Positions 10,064 through 19,338 of a DNA stretch of 64,000 nt are shown here, piece by piece. The notes below the pieces were generated by a model that saw nothing but the letters and a program-made list of their open reading frames with translations, made no database searches and was not told the origin of the DNA. Positions within the stretch are counted from its first letter, which is position 1; each line of letters starts with the position of its first letter. The DNA is from an uncultured Gammaproteobacteria bacterium. Its GTDB lineage: Bacteria; Pseudomonadota; Gammaproteobacteria; DRLM01. The stretch is from the NCBI GenBank assembly GCA_963729605.1, contig CAVSNY010000007.1:1312001-1376000 (forward strand), read 5' to 3'. A program made the position numbers and the translations under genes.

Positions 10064-11569
10064 ATGAAAAAGATAGCTGAGTATATGTTGTATTTACTCC
10101 TATTGGTTTATTGGAGTGCGGCTGGCGCCGCTGAAAATACCGGCATGGTTGAACGGTCAGGTTCGGTTTCCGAGAACGCCGCTAGCGAAACCGTTACCGT
10201 CGAGCCGACGGTTGATGTGAGCGTTCCGAGTGCTGTAATGCTGGATACCGAGGTACCTTCGCAACCGACGCCGGCATCAGCACCGGCAGTCGTGCTTCCG
10301 GCCGCGCCTGAGCTTCCTGTGCCGGCATCTTCGTTTAGTCAGCGCTTTAATCCGCCAAAGCCGGATCAATCGGATGCATTTCCTGTATGGGAGGCGACGG
10401 ATTGCGGTTGTGTCCCTGATTCATCTATGCAGACTTATGGCTTTTTCCGTATCGATGGTCAAGTTGCGCCGGCCAAGATAAATTTTGAGGCATTGTCGCG
10501 TGTCGCTTATTTTTCACTGTCTCCCGATATGGTAGGCAATATCGAAGTACCGGAGGCGTGGAACGGCAAGAATTTTACTCAGGTTGCGCATCGTTACGCG
10601 ACCGATGTCGATTTGGTGATAAGTCAACATGAGTGGTGTTCCGAATCGTCTAAGACCGCGTGTTTACATGATGCATTGGAGCTGGATAAAAGTTATGTCC
10701 TGCAAAACTTGATCGATGAAATAGTCGAGGCCACCAAAGCGGTTGAGGCGGATGGGGTGACCATAGATTTTTCAGGAATTCCAAGCGAACTTAATAACGC
10801 CTATCATTTTTTCATAAAACGTTTGAGTAAACGCTTGCAGCAGGAGGATGTCGAATATCGGCTTAACGTGATTGTGGAAAACGTGGCCGAGCTTGAACGC
10901 CTCTTCAATAGAAAAGATATTCTGGATGGTTTGAGCGATAGCAAAGATTATGTCAATTTATTCATAATCGGTTGGCCGAATGGCGGTGATCAGGCTGAAG
11001 TGGTAAACCAGCTGGACAATGCTTTCTGGAAAAGTGGTATTGAGTCAAATCAGGCCCTGGTGATGCTTGATGCTTCTGATCGGGAATTCTCGGTCAAATA
11101 CGATTTAATACTTAAAAGGAATTTCGGCGGAGTCGGTATATGGGACTTGGCCCATGCCGATGATGCTTGGAATACCACGATCATGGCCGGGTTCGCGCAG
11201 GAGGCTCAGCAGCAGAACGTCGATTATGTAAATCAAGTGTTGCAAAAGATCTTGCCGGCAAGTTTTTGTAAGTTTATCTGCCCGAACCGAGACATTATTA
11301 GCGGTGTACTTTCCATCGTAGCCGGGATTTATATAATTATAATTTTGTCGGCGATTGTATTCTTCGAATTGCGCGATTTTTTGAAAAAATATATTTTGTA
11401 TGTAATCGGACTTGGCTTGACGATTGTTGTGGTGTTTATTTCCATAGTGATTTGCGTTCCCTTTTGGCGAGGTTATCAAACGGAGATTACTTTGTTATTA
11501 ATACTTTCTGCGCTTGGCTATTTCCTGAAAAGCAATGCCGATAAAAAACGAGAAGCTAATTATCCGTGA
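10064..11569 (+). CDS. Exported, membrane-anchored GH18 (chitinase-like) domain protein, probably catalytically inactive
   Basis: Signal peptide, Pro/Ala linker, GH18-like strands (LSRVAYFSL; DGVTIDFS in place of DGxDxDxE; FGGVGIWDL), about three C-terminal TM helices. Confidence 0.6.
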   Translation: MKKIAEYMLYLLLLVYWSAAGAAENTGMVERSGSVSENAASETVTVEPTVDVSVPSAVMLDTEVPSQPTPASAPAVVLPAAPELPVPASSFSQRFNPPKPDQSDAFPVWEATDCGCVPDSSMQTYGFFRIDGQVAPAKINFEALSRVAYFSLSPDMVGNIEVPEAWNGKNFTQVAHRYATDVDLVISQHEWCSESSKTACLHDALELDKSYVLQNLIDEIVEATKAVEADGVTIDFSGIPSELNNAYHFFIKRLSKRLQQEDVEYRLNVIVENVAELERLFNRKDILDGLSDSKDYVNLFIIGWPNGGDQAEVVNQLDNAFWKSGIESNQALVMLDASDREFSVKYDLILKRNFGGVGIWDLAHADDAWNTTIMAGFAQEAQQQNVDYVNQVLQKILPASFCKFICPNRDIISGVLSIVAGIYIIIILSAIVFFELRDFLKKYILYVIGLGLTIVVVFISIVICVPFWRGYQTEITLLLILSALGYFLKSNADKKREANYP

Positions 11570-11972
11570 TGGGTTGACCGTTTGAAATAAAAACGACTTT
11601 GTATATCGGGAGCGCGTGCACCGGCCATAAGCGACGAATGCTAGACGCTCCCCGTTTATTTAGCGGGTTTATCAGCAGTTCTACGCCTTCTCCTCTTTTT
11701 TTATCGCCGGAAAACGGTTCTTTCTGATCCGGCCAGGTAGATAAGCTTTAAAATTCAGTAGACTATTTACGACATGTAAATAACGGTGTCCGACTTGCGA
11801 GTCCGCCCGCATCGATTTTTCATTCAAATATCCCCAGTTATATAAATAAATTCTTTTAGTGTTGACATCGACTAAAGATGAGCTTAACTCTGTTTTATCC
11901 CTGTGATTTTGAATATGCCTCGGTGCAACTGTAGGCCAGATTCGTGGTGGGAATATCAACGGAGGGAGCGTT

Positions 11973-12989
11973 ATGAAAAAAATCTCTAGGCGTGAATTTC
12001 TAGGCATTTCCACCAAGGTGGGCGCGGCAACATTCTTCGCGGGGACTTTTGCGCCTTCTGCCACCAGCTTTTTTGGATGGGCCGGTGTGGCCGAGGCAGC
12101 AACCAAGAAAATCACTGCGTTTAATTTTGCGGTTATCAGTGATTCCCATTTATATGATATCAAAGATCATGTATTTGACGGCATTTTGGAACGGGCGGTG
12201 AATGATGTAAATGCTATGCAGCCTGCACCGGACTTCGTGTTGTATGGCGGCGATATCGGACAACTGGGTTTGGCCGCCGAGTTGGATAAGGGTAAACGGA
12301 CGCTGGATAAACTTAAAATGCCTTACAAAATCATCCCTGGCGAACATGATTGGTATCTCGACATGGGTAAAGCCTGGGGTGAACGCTTTGGTAAAATACC
12401 CTGGTCTTTCAATCACAAGGGAGTCCATTTTATCGGCATGAATTCCATTCTGGTAAAAGACTTTTGGACGGCCAAGGGTCTGACGCCGGTCGAACGTATG
12501 GATTGGATGGCCGAGCTGGAATGCCATCGTTGCGGCCTGTGGGGTGTGAGGGAGGAACAGCTCGATTGGCTGGTAAAGGATGTCAAAGGTCTCAGTCCCG
12601 ATACGCCGGTGGTGATATTAACGCATTCGCCGCTGTGGGATTACTACCCGCGTTGGAATTTCCAAACCGAAGACGCCCGGGAGATACGGGCCATTCTGCG
12701 TAAATTCGAAAAGGTGATCGCCATTCACGGCCATGTCCATCAGGTGGTCTATAACCAGATTGGCAATATCGCGTCTGCGGGTTTGCTGGCCACGTCGTGG
12801 CCGTGGCCTTATCCACCAATCGAGCTTCCTTATCCCGATATACGAATGAACCGCGTGGACCCGGCGGATATTTATGACGGTCTGGGCCCAAGTCAGGTAT
12901 CTCTAAGCGGCGATTTCGCGGGCATGATGAATTATCGCACCTGGTCGGATCTTCTGCCGGAAAACGTCAAACGCGGTTTGAAGCTTTAA
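11973..12989 (+). CDS. Tat-exported calcineurin-like metallophosphoesterase
   Basis: SRREFL Tat motif; metal-binding motifs DSH, GGD, GEHD, H, GHVH. Confidence 0.85.
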   Translation: MKKISRREFLGISTKVGAATFFAGTFAPSATSFFGWAGVAEAATKKITAFNFAVISDSHLYDIKDHVFDGILERAVNDVNAMQPAPDFVLYGGDIGQLGLAAELDKGKRTLDKLKMPYKIIPGEHDWYLDMGKAWGERFGKIPWSFNHKGVHFIGMNSILVKDFWTAKGLTPVERMDWMAELECHRCGLWGVREEQLDWLVKDVKGLSPDTPVVILTHSPLWDYYPRWNFQTEDAREIRAILRKFEKVIAIHGHVHQVVYNQIGNIASAGLLATSWPWPYPPIELPYPDIRMNRVDPADIYDGLGPSQVSLSGDFAGMMNYRTWSDLLPENVKRGLKL

Positions 12990-13004
12990 GCGAAGGGAAC
13001 AGCC

Positions 13005-13499
13005 ATGAATAAACGGAAAGCGTATAGCGTAGCGGCGGCCGTCATGATTAGCCTGGCCATTTCAGGCGTCATGTTGGTTGAGCCTGCCCTGGCGAAAAAA
13101 CCATTTTCCGCCGCGGAAACGGCAGATCAGCGCAATGCCCTGCTCGCCGCGGTGGCCAAAGGCGACGCGCTTTGGCATGACGGCAAACTCGGCACCAATG
13201 GTCTGGCCTGCGCCAATTGTCATCCCGACGCCTCGGCCGCCAACCCGGAGACCTGGCCTAAATTTCAAACAAATCTCGGCAAAGTGGCGACACTGAGGGA
13301 TATGATCAACTGGTGTATCAGAATCCCACTGGCGGGCGAAGCGCTCGCCCTCGATAGCGACGACATGATCGCCTTGGAGGCCTACGCGACTTATATGTCC
13401 CGCGGGATTCCGCTGGCCCCTGGTAAGGACTATCAGAGCGGCGCGGTACCGGTAAAAAGCGGCCCTGGTTATCCTACCGGCGATGACGGTGATTTATAA
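13005..13499 (+). CDS. Monohaem c-type cytochrome, SoxA/TsdA-like haem domain
   Basis: Sec signal, single CANCH, then WPKF...TLRDMINWC...DSDDMIALEAY resembling the His/Cys haem domain of SoxA/TsdA. Confidence 0.75.
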   Translation: MNKRKAYSVAAAVMISLAISGVMLVEPALAKKPFSAAETADQRNALLAAVAKGDALWHDGKLGTNGLACANCHPDASAANPETWPKFQTNLGKVATLRDMINWCIRIPLAGEALALDSDDMIALEAYATYMSRGIPLAPGKDYQSGAVPVKSGPGYPTGDDGDL

Positions 13500-13604
13500 A
13501 GACAGATATCGCCACCTTCTGCGTTGAAGAGAATCACGGCTCGTAGTTTATTCGCCGCAGCAGACGGCGGTCGTGTTTAACGGGCTTCTCAAGGAACAGA
13601 CTTT

Positions 13605-14168
13605 ATGCGAATCCTCATCCGGTTTTTTCTCAGTATGCTTTTCGGCATGTGTTTAGTGGCTCCACTGTGGGCGCAAACCTGCGATAAATCCTCCATCGCA
13701 GAGTCAACGCCTACCACTCGCTTTGATACCGTTGCCGACGACACGGTGGTGGATAAAGAAACCGGCATCACCTGGATGCGCTGTGCCTTGGGCCAAAAAT
13801 GGGATGGCATTACCTGCGCAGGCAAGGCCGACACGTATAATTGGCAAGAGGCCATGGAAATCGTCGCCAAGATGAACAAAGCCGCGTACGGTGGCCGCAC
13901 CGACTGGCGGGTGCCTTATGTTCCCGAACTGGCATCGATCATCGAACGGCAATGTTTCAATCCGCGGGTGAATTTGGCGGTATTTCCGGCTACGCCCTTG
14001 CTGGCATTTTGGACCGGCATGGAAAAAATGGGCCGCCCCGATATGGCTTACATCCTGGATTTCGATAAAGGCAACGCCGCGCCTTCTGAGAAGGCTTTTA
14101 AAGGGGCGGTTCGTTTGATGCACGACGGCCCGAACGGGCCGTGGTGGAAGATGCCGCAGATGCGTTGA
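13605..14168 (+). CDS. Secreted DUF1566 (Lcl C-terminal) domain protein
   Basis: Signal peptide; TVVDKETGITWMRC.LGQ.W, YGGRTDWRVP...EL.SI and AVRL motifs. Confidence 0.85.
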   Translation: MRILIRFFLSMLFGMCLVAPLWAQTCDKSSIAESTPTTRFDTVADDTVVDKETGITWMRCALGQKWDGITCAGKADTYNWQEAMEIVAKMNKAAYGGRTDWRVPYVPELASIIERQCFNPRVNLAVFPATPLLAFWTGMEKMGRPDMAYILDFDKGNAAPSEKAFKGAVRLMHDGPNGPWWKMPQMR

Positions 14169-14272
14169 CCGTGCGTTGAAAAAACCGCTAAACATATTTT
14201 AGACGTCATTCGGGCGGATGGGTGGCACGGAAAGCAGGGTGGGTTCTCCGTGCTTTCAAAGTTAATTTTCGA

Positions 14273-14740
14273 TTACATCTGCGACTGAAGATAATTCGGC
14301 AGACCGATCTTGTCGATCAAGCCCAACTGCTGTTCCAGCCAATAGGCATGATCCTCCTCGGTATCCCTGAGCATCCCCAGCAGGATTTCACGGGTTTGAT
14401 AATCCGCGGCACCTTCACAATAGGCTATCGCCGTTTTTAAAGAGGCGGCCACGCCGGTCTCGAGTTTCAAGTCATGTTTGAGCATTTCGGGGACATTTTT
14501 GCCGATGTGCAAGGGTTCCCGTTTGGAGACATCCGGCGTGCCCCCCAGGAATAAGATCCGTTCGATCAAGGCCGCGGCATGACCCTGTTCATCGGCCATT
14601 TCGTGATTGATGCGTTCGTAAAGTTTATGCAGTCCCCAGTTCTGGAGCATGCGCGAATGCAAAAAATATTGGTCGATGGACGTGAGTTCATTGGCCAGGA
14701 GTTTGTTGAGGTGCGCGATGACTTTTTTATCGCCTTGCAT
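14273..14740 (-). CDS. bfr: Bacterioferritin subunit with ferroxidase centre, no haem Met (BfrA/FtnA type)
   Basis: Aligns with E. coli Bfr: E18, E51 and H54 kept, position 52 is Gln. Confidence 0.9.
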   Translation of the reverse strand: MQGDKKVIAHLNKLLANELTSIDQYFLHSRMLQNWGLHKLYERINHEMADEQGHAAALIERILFLGGTPDVSKREPLHIGKNVPEMLKHDLKLETGVAASLKTAIAYCEGAADYQTREILLGMLRDTEEDHAYWLEQQLGLIDKIGLPNYLQSQM

Positions 14741-14788
14741 GGTCTGCTCCCTAAAAGGTGTGGATAATGGCGAAAAAGACCCGAGTCT

Positions 14789-15253
14789 TTACATCATGGC
14801 CTGCTGGTAATTTTCCAGACCCATTTTGGCGATGAGATCGAGTTGCGTTTCCAGCCAGTCGATGTGTTCTTCCTGGTGTTCCAACACCTCTTCCAGCGAT
14901 TCACGGGAGACATAATCGGCGACCGACTCGCACAGGCCGATCGCTTCGCGCAACAGGGGTATCGTGTTGCGCTCGAATTTGAGATCGCATTCCAGCATCT
15001 CTTTGACGTTTTCGCCCAGCAGCAGTTTGCCGAGGTTTTGCAGATTGGGCAGGCCTTCCAGAAGCAATATCCGCTCGATCAATTTGTCGGCGTCTTTCAT
15101 GGCCTCGATGGAGGCCGCGTAGGCCTTGTCGTTGAGTTTGTGCAGCCCCCAGTTTTTAGACATGCGGGCGTGGAGGAAATATTGATTGATCGCGGTCAAA
15201 CGATCGGTGAGGACCTTGTTGAAAATTTTGATGACCTTAGGGTCGCCTTGCAT
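14789..15253 (-). CDS. bfr: Bacterioferritin subunit with haem Met52, degenerate ferroxidase centre (BfrB type)
   Basis: Starts MQGDPKVI at 15253; R18, A51, M52, D54. Confidence 0.9.
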   Translation of the reverse strand: MQGDPKVIKIFNKVLTDRLTAINQYFLHARMSKNWGLHKLNDKAYAASIEAMKDADKLIERILLLEGLPNLQNLGKLLLGENVKEMLECDLKFERNTIPLLREAIGLCESVADYVSRESLEEVLEHQEEHIDWLETQLDLIAKMGLENYQQAMM

Positions 15254-15389
15254 GCGGTACACTCCTCGAGGTAATTCTTGGAGCTGTATTCTATCCGCTT
15301 TTTTCGGAATGCACGAAAGCTTATCGATGACGCCGCCGCCCAATTAAGGGTGACAAGGTGGGGGAATTAAAGTAGGGAGTAGGGACCGC

Positions 15390-15587
15390 TCACGACGTGG
15401 CGAATGCGGATTCCATCTCTTGTTCGGCCAGGGCGTCCTGCAGGACCTCTTTGGCGCAAGGCGCGCATTTGCCGCATTGCGTCGATACGCCCAGCCGGTC
15501 GCGCAAGTGGCGCAGGCTGCATGCCCCGGCGGCGGCCTCGCGGCGGATGGCGGAATCAGTCACATTCAGGCAGATGCATACATACAT
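15390..15587 (-). CDS. bfd: Bacterioferritin-associated [2Fe-2S] ferredoxin
   Basis: MYVCIC...CGKC motif, upstream of bfr. Confidence 0.92.
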   Translation of the reverse strand: MYVCICLNVTDSAIRREAAAGACSLRHLRDRLGVSTQCGKCAPCAKEVLQDALAEQEMESAFATS

Positions 15588-15624
15588 GGCTGGACCCTGA
15601 TTAAGCTCGTTACATAATCTAAAC

Positions 15625-15643
15625 GTAAATAAGAACTATTGTC
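15625..15643 (-). promoter_or_regulatory. Putative Fur box upstream of bfd
   Basis: Minus-strand GACAATAGTTCTTATTTAC is a partial match to GATAATGATAATCATTATC, about 40 nt upstream of bfd, a typical Fur target. Confidence 0.55.
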
Positions 15644-15844
15644 AATTATATCGGCACATGTCAGCGAAAGTTAAGGGGGCATGTCGTTCGGTCCTGGCGA
15701 TGAACGACTGGGTTGGCATGTTATCTAGTTGATTAATATAATTTATTCTCAGGATTGCCCCTGAAGGAATCGGCCCGATTGACGGAGATTGTTGATTCCT
15801 TTCCGCCAGCCTTCGTGAGGACTGCAAAAAAATTCCTTCCCTCC

Positions 15845-17626
15845 TCAATGCAAAGCCCCTTGGGCGACGCTTTTTTCCAATTGGCGGAGCGCCTTTTCGA
15901 TGGCGCCGCGCAAGGCTCGGGCATGGGGGCTCAGCCGGCCGTCCGCGCGCAGATCGAAGGTGATCCGTTCATCTTCGATGATGTAGCCGATGCTGAGCAT
16001 ATGCGGCCGCGGACCGATCGGGCCGAAGGCGGCGACCCCGGGAAAACCCGAGCCGTTCGATGCCAGCACGTCTTGGCGGGTCAGCATCTTTAAACCTTTA
16101 TCGAGGTGTGCGAGCACGTCGTGGCGCCAACTGTTGATTGACCAGATTTTTTGAGCGGGGTTGGCTGCCTGTACCGCGTTGAGGGCCAACAAGTGGGCGA
16201 TGAGACCGCGCCCGCTCTTGGCGCGCAACACCAGATTCTGATGCGCCTTCACTGCGCGGCGTATCTGCGCCGCGAGGCGGTAGTGGTTGCCGGCGGCGCG
16301 CATGCCGGCCACCACCGCCATGGATTCGGCGGTGACCGGCACGATGAAATCCATGCGGCCGCCGGCGAAGTGGCGGGTCTGCACCGGCTCGACGATGCTG
16401 AGCGGCCGGCCGGTCACCTCGGCGATGGCCACTTGCAGGGCCAATTGCACCATGGCGTCGGGGCTGAGTTGCAGGGATTTCAAACGCTGGGCGCCGATGC
16501 CCGGCGTGACCCAGGACTCGATATGGCGTTGCGTGCGGGTTTCGCCGAGGCTTTGCCGGGCCTGTTGCAGATTTTGCGCGAGCGCGCTTGAAATATGCCA
16601 CGCCACCTTGCGGCTTCGGATCAGGGAATGACCGCTCGTCATGCTTGAAACATTCATCGGCAGATTCAAACTTTCACTGTGCAGGCGCGTGGCGAAACCG
16701 AGGGCGACGCTACCGTCCACCGCGGCGCGTTCGAAACACAGGCCGGCCTTGCCGTTTTCCATCACGATGATCTGCATACTCTTGTCGTAGTAGCGATTGT
16801 GGGCGTTGCCGTCGCGCAGGGTCGCCGCGACGCCGTTCAATGAACCGGGGGCCGCGCCGTTGTCCAGACACAACACGAACAAGGATTTTTCCAGGATGGA
16901 AATCGCTTGCCGGTTTTTTTCGTTTTGACAGAGCACGCCGCGCAGCCGCGCCCACTCCTCGCGCGGCAGGGCCGACAATAATCCCGGCGCCGCGTTGTCG
17001 TTTTCCAGCGCGGTGCCGGCGTTTTCGACGATGTATTCCAGCGCCTCCTCGATCGCGGCGACGGGTAACGGCCCGTGCTGAAGATCGACGGCGAGGCAGT
17101 AGACCTGACCGTTGGCCAGCACCGCGACATGGCGCGTGCCTTCGGTGGTGACCATCTCGTCGCAGCCGGGACGGGGCAGGCGGTGAGTGGCGAAGCAGCG
17201 ACGATACTGCTCCATTTCCAGCGGCAGATTGGCGACCATGTCCGGCGAAAGCTGGCGGCTGTCGATGCGTTGATGGAGATTCAACGCGGCCGCCATCAAA
17301 CGCGCGGCGCGGCCGGTGAGCGTCTCGGCCCGCGCGTCGTCTTGCAGCAAAAGCACGTAGTTGTTGCTGAACGGCAGGCCGCCGCGGCAACTCAACCACA
17401 TGCGGGTGAGCCCCTCGGCGCACCAGTTGGTGCCCTGTTCGCGGGCGAGACTCAGCAGGCGTTCCTGTTGCCTGGTCTGGGCGGCGCCGTAGAGTTCCAA
17501 TATCAGTTTGGATTTCAGCCGCTGCACGCCGTTGAGCAAGGGGGACACGCTGCGGATGCAGGCGGTGAGGGTGTCCGCCAGCGGAGGTATGGGTTGACGA
17601 AGAAGGCCGCGTGCTGTGGGTTTCAT
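15845..17626 (-). CDS. Choline/carnitine O-acyltransferase family protein (catalytic His replaced by Arg)
   Basis: PIPPL.DTL, NRYYDKSMQIIV..NGKAG..FERAAVDG (family motif EHxxxDG), SPDAMVQLALQ.A, E...TRHFAGGR. Confidence 0.8.
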   Translation of the reverse strand: MKPTARGLLRQPIPPLADTLTACIRSVSPLLNGVQRLKSKLILELYGAAQTRQQERLLSLAREQGTNWCAEGLTRMWLSCRGGLPFSNNYVLLLQDDARAETLTGRAARLMAAALNLHQRIDSRQLSPDMVANLPLEMEQYRRCFATHRLPRPGCDEMVTTEGTRHVAVLANGQVYCLAVDLQHGPLPVAAIEEALEYIVENAGTALENDNAAPGLLSALPREEWARLRGVLCQNEKNRQAISILEKSLFVLCLDNGAAPGSLNGVAATLRDGNAHNRYYDKSMQIIVMENGKAGLCFERAAVDGSVALGFATRLHSESLNLPMNVSSMTSGHSLIRSRKVAWHISSALAQNLQQARQSLGETRTQRHIESWVTPGIGAQRLKSLQLSPDAMVQLALQVAIAEVTGRPLSIVEPVQTRHFAGGRMDFIVPVTAESMAVVAGMRAAGNHYRLAAQIRRAVKAHQNLVLRAKSGRGLIAHLLALNAVQAANPAQKIWSINSWRHDVLAHLDKGLKMLTRQDVLASNGSGFPGVAAFGPIGPRPHMLSIGYIIEDERITFDLRADGRLSPHARALRGAIEKALRQLEKSVAQGALH

Positions 17627-17698
17627 CGCTGTTACTGCTCCCTAAGATGCGTTGTGCTGATTAGTACGGCTCAGCTTAAGCATGGCGCGAGCGCTTAC

Positions 17699-17714
17699 CG
17701 TGACCTTGGTCACA
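17699..17714 (-). promoter_or_regulatory. Putative CRP/Vfr-family site
   Basis: TGTGA-CCAAGG-TCACG (9/10 match to TGTGA-N6-TCACA), with -10-like TAAGCT at 17678-17673 at near class II spacing. Confidence 0.5.
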
Positions 17715-17806
17715 CGCGCCGGACCAAAATTGTCGGATTGTGACGCAGTGGGGCAAATGCTGCCGCGGCGGGGCGGCGTGGCCGGTGTTCGGCCGTGGCG
17801 CGCGGG

Positions 17807-19267
17807 TCAGCTTTCGGCGGTGTGATGCCCGAGATGGGCGCGGAAGAGGTCGAGAGTGTCGCGCCGGGTCTGGTCAAGATCGAGCACCGGGGCGGGGTAA
17901 TCGGCGCCGATGTGTATGCCGGCCGCGTCCAAGACCGGGCGCGGCGCGGTCCAGGGTTGATGGATCCAGCGTTTGGGCAGCGCGGCGAGTTCGGGTAACC
18001 AGCGCTGCAGATAACGGCCTTCGGGATCGAATTTTTTACTTTGCAGCACCGGATTGAAAATCCGGAAATAAGGCGCGGCGTCGGCGCCGCAACCGGCCAC
18101 CCATTGCCAGTTGAAACTGTTGTTGGCGAGATCGGCGTCCACCAAGGTGTCCCAAAACCAGCGCGCGCCCTCCCGCCAGTCGATGCGGCAATTCTTGACC
18201 AGAAACGAGGCGGCGATCATGCGGACCCGGTTGTGCATCCAGCCGGTCTGCCACAACTGACGCATGCCCGCGTCGATGATGGGAAAACCGGTCTGGCCGA
18301 GTTGCCAGGCATGCAGCAGGTGTTGCGCGTCCTGCCGCCACGGCAGTTCGCCGAAGCGCGGATTGAGCGGGCGATCGGTGGTATGTGGAAAATGATAAAG
18401 GACGTGGTGGGCGAATTCGCACCAGCCGAGTTCGCGGATCAGGCTTTCGGCCGCCTGCGTCAAGCCGCTGGTCTCGCCGCGATGGGCCCAATCGTTCAAA
18501 GTCCAGAGGATTTGCTGCGGGGTGATCTCGCCGAAATGCAAGTGCGGTGAGAGGCGCGAGGTGCCGGGCCGGTCGGGATAATCGCGCCATTGCGGATACA
18601 AGGCCAATGCCGATTGGGAAAAGGCCCGCAGCCGCTGATGGGCGCCGGCCTCGCCGGGCTGCCAGGTGTCGTGCAAGCCGGCATACCAGGGTTTGCTCGG
18701 CAGCAAACCCAGTTCGGTGAGGGCGAGAGAGGACAGGCCGCCGGGCACCGTCGGCAAACCGCTGGGGCTGGACAAAGGCGCGGGCGGCGACAAGCGTTGT
18801 TGGCAGACCCGCCAAAAGGGCGTGAAAACTTTGTAAGGTTCGCCGGTTTTATTGCGCAGCGTGCCCGGTTCGAATAACAGCCCGGCGTGGTACTGATGGC
18901 ACTGGACGCCCGCATCACTCAATTGTTGCGCAACCCGCCGGTCGCGCGCGATGGCCGCGGGCTCGTAACAGTGATTCCAATACACATCGCTCGCACCGCT
19001 TTGTTTGATGATAGATAACAGTTCGGCGGCGCTGTCGCCGCGCCGGATGATCAGGCGGCTGCCCAGCCGTGCCAGCGTGCCATTCAAGGCATTGAGACTT
19101 TGATGCAGCCACCAATTGCCGGCGGCGCCCGCGGGCCACGGTGCCTGTTCTTCGGGGGCGTGGATGTAGACCGGGACGATGGCGCCTCCTGCTGCGAGGG
19201 CATTATGCAAGGCGGGATGGTCGGCTACGCGTAAATCATTGCGGAACCAGACTAGGGTTGTCGTCAT
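17807..19267 (-). CDS. phrB: Deoxyribodipyrimidine photolyase (class I)
   Basis: WFRNDLRVADHPAL, TSRLSPHLHFGEI, GWMHNRVRMI, WQWVAG.G.DAAPYFRIFNP. Confidence 0.93.
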   Translation of the reverse strand: MTTTLVWFRNDLRVADHPALHNALAAGGAIVPVYIHAPEEQAPWPAGAAGNWWLHQSLNALNGTLARLGSRLIIRRGDSAAELLSIIKQSGASDVYWNHCYEPAAIARDRRVAQQLSDAGVQCHQYHAGLLFEPGTLRNKTGEPYKVFTPFWRVCQQRLSPPAPLSSPSGLPTVPGGLSSLALTELGLLPSKPWYAGLHDTWQPGEAGAHQRLRAFSQSALALYPQWRDYPDRPGTSRLSPHLHFGEITPQQILWTLNDWAHRGETSGLTQAAESLIRELGWCEFAHHVLYHFPHTTDRPLNPRFGELPWRQDAQHLLHAWQLGQTGFPIIDAGMRQLWQTGWMHNRVRMIAASFLVKNCRIDWREGARWFWDTLVDADLANNSFNWQWVAGCGADAAPYFRIFNPVLQSKKFDPEGRYLQRWLPELAALPKRWIHQPWTAPRPVLDAAGIHIGADYPAPVLDLDQTRRDTLDLFRAHLGHHTAES

Positions 19268-19338
19268 TATTGTTTATCTGAGTTGTGGGCGTGGAATTTT
19301 TTATCTAATAGTTAAGCGGTATCGCCATGCGCGTGTTT

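Noticed and set aside
11608-11653. GGGAGCG...CGCTCCC stem as a riboswitch
   Set aside because: No recognisable aptamer consensus; cannot be distinguished from a terminator-type hairpin.
11862-11875. FNR-like site TTGAC-ATCG-ACTAA upstream of the phosphoesterase
   Set aside because: Only 7/10 match in an AT-rich region; may simply be a -35 element.
13605-14168. DUF1566 as a diversity-generating retroelement target
   Set aside because: No reverse transcriptase and no template/variable repeat pair seen in the window.
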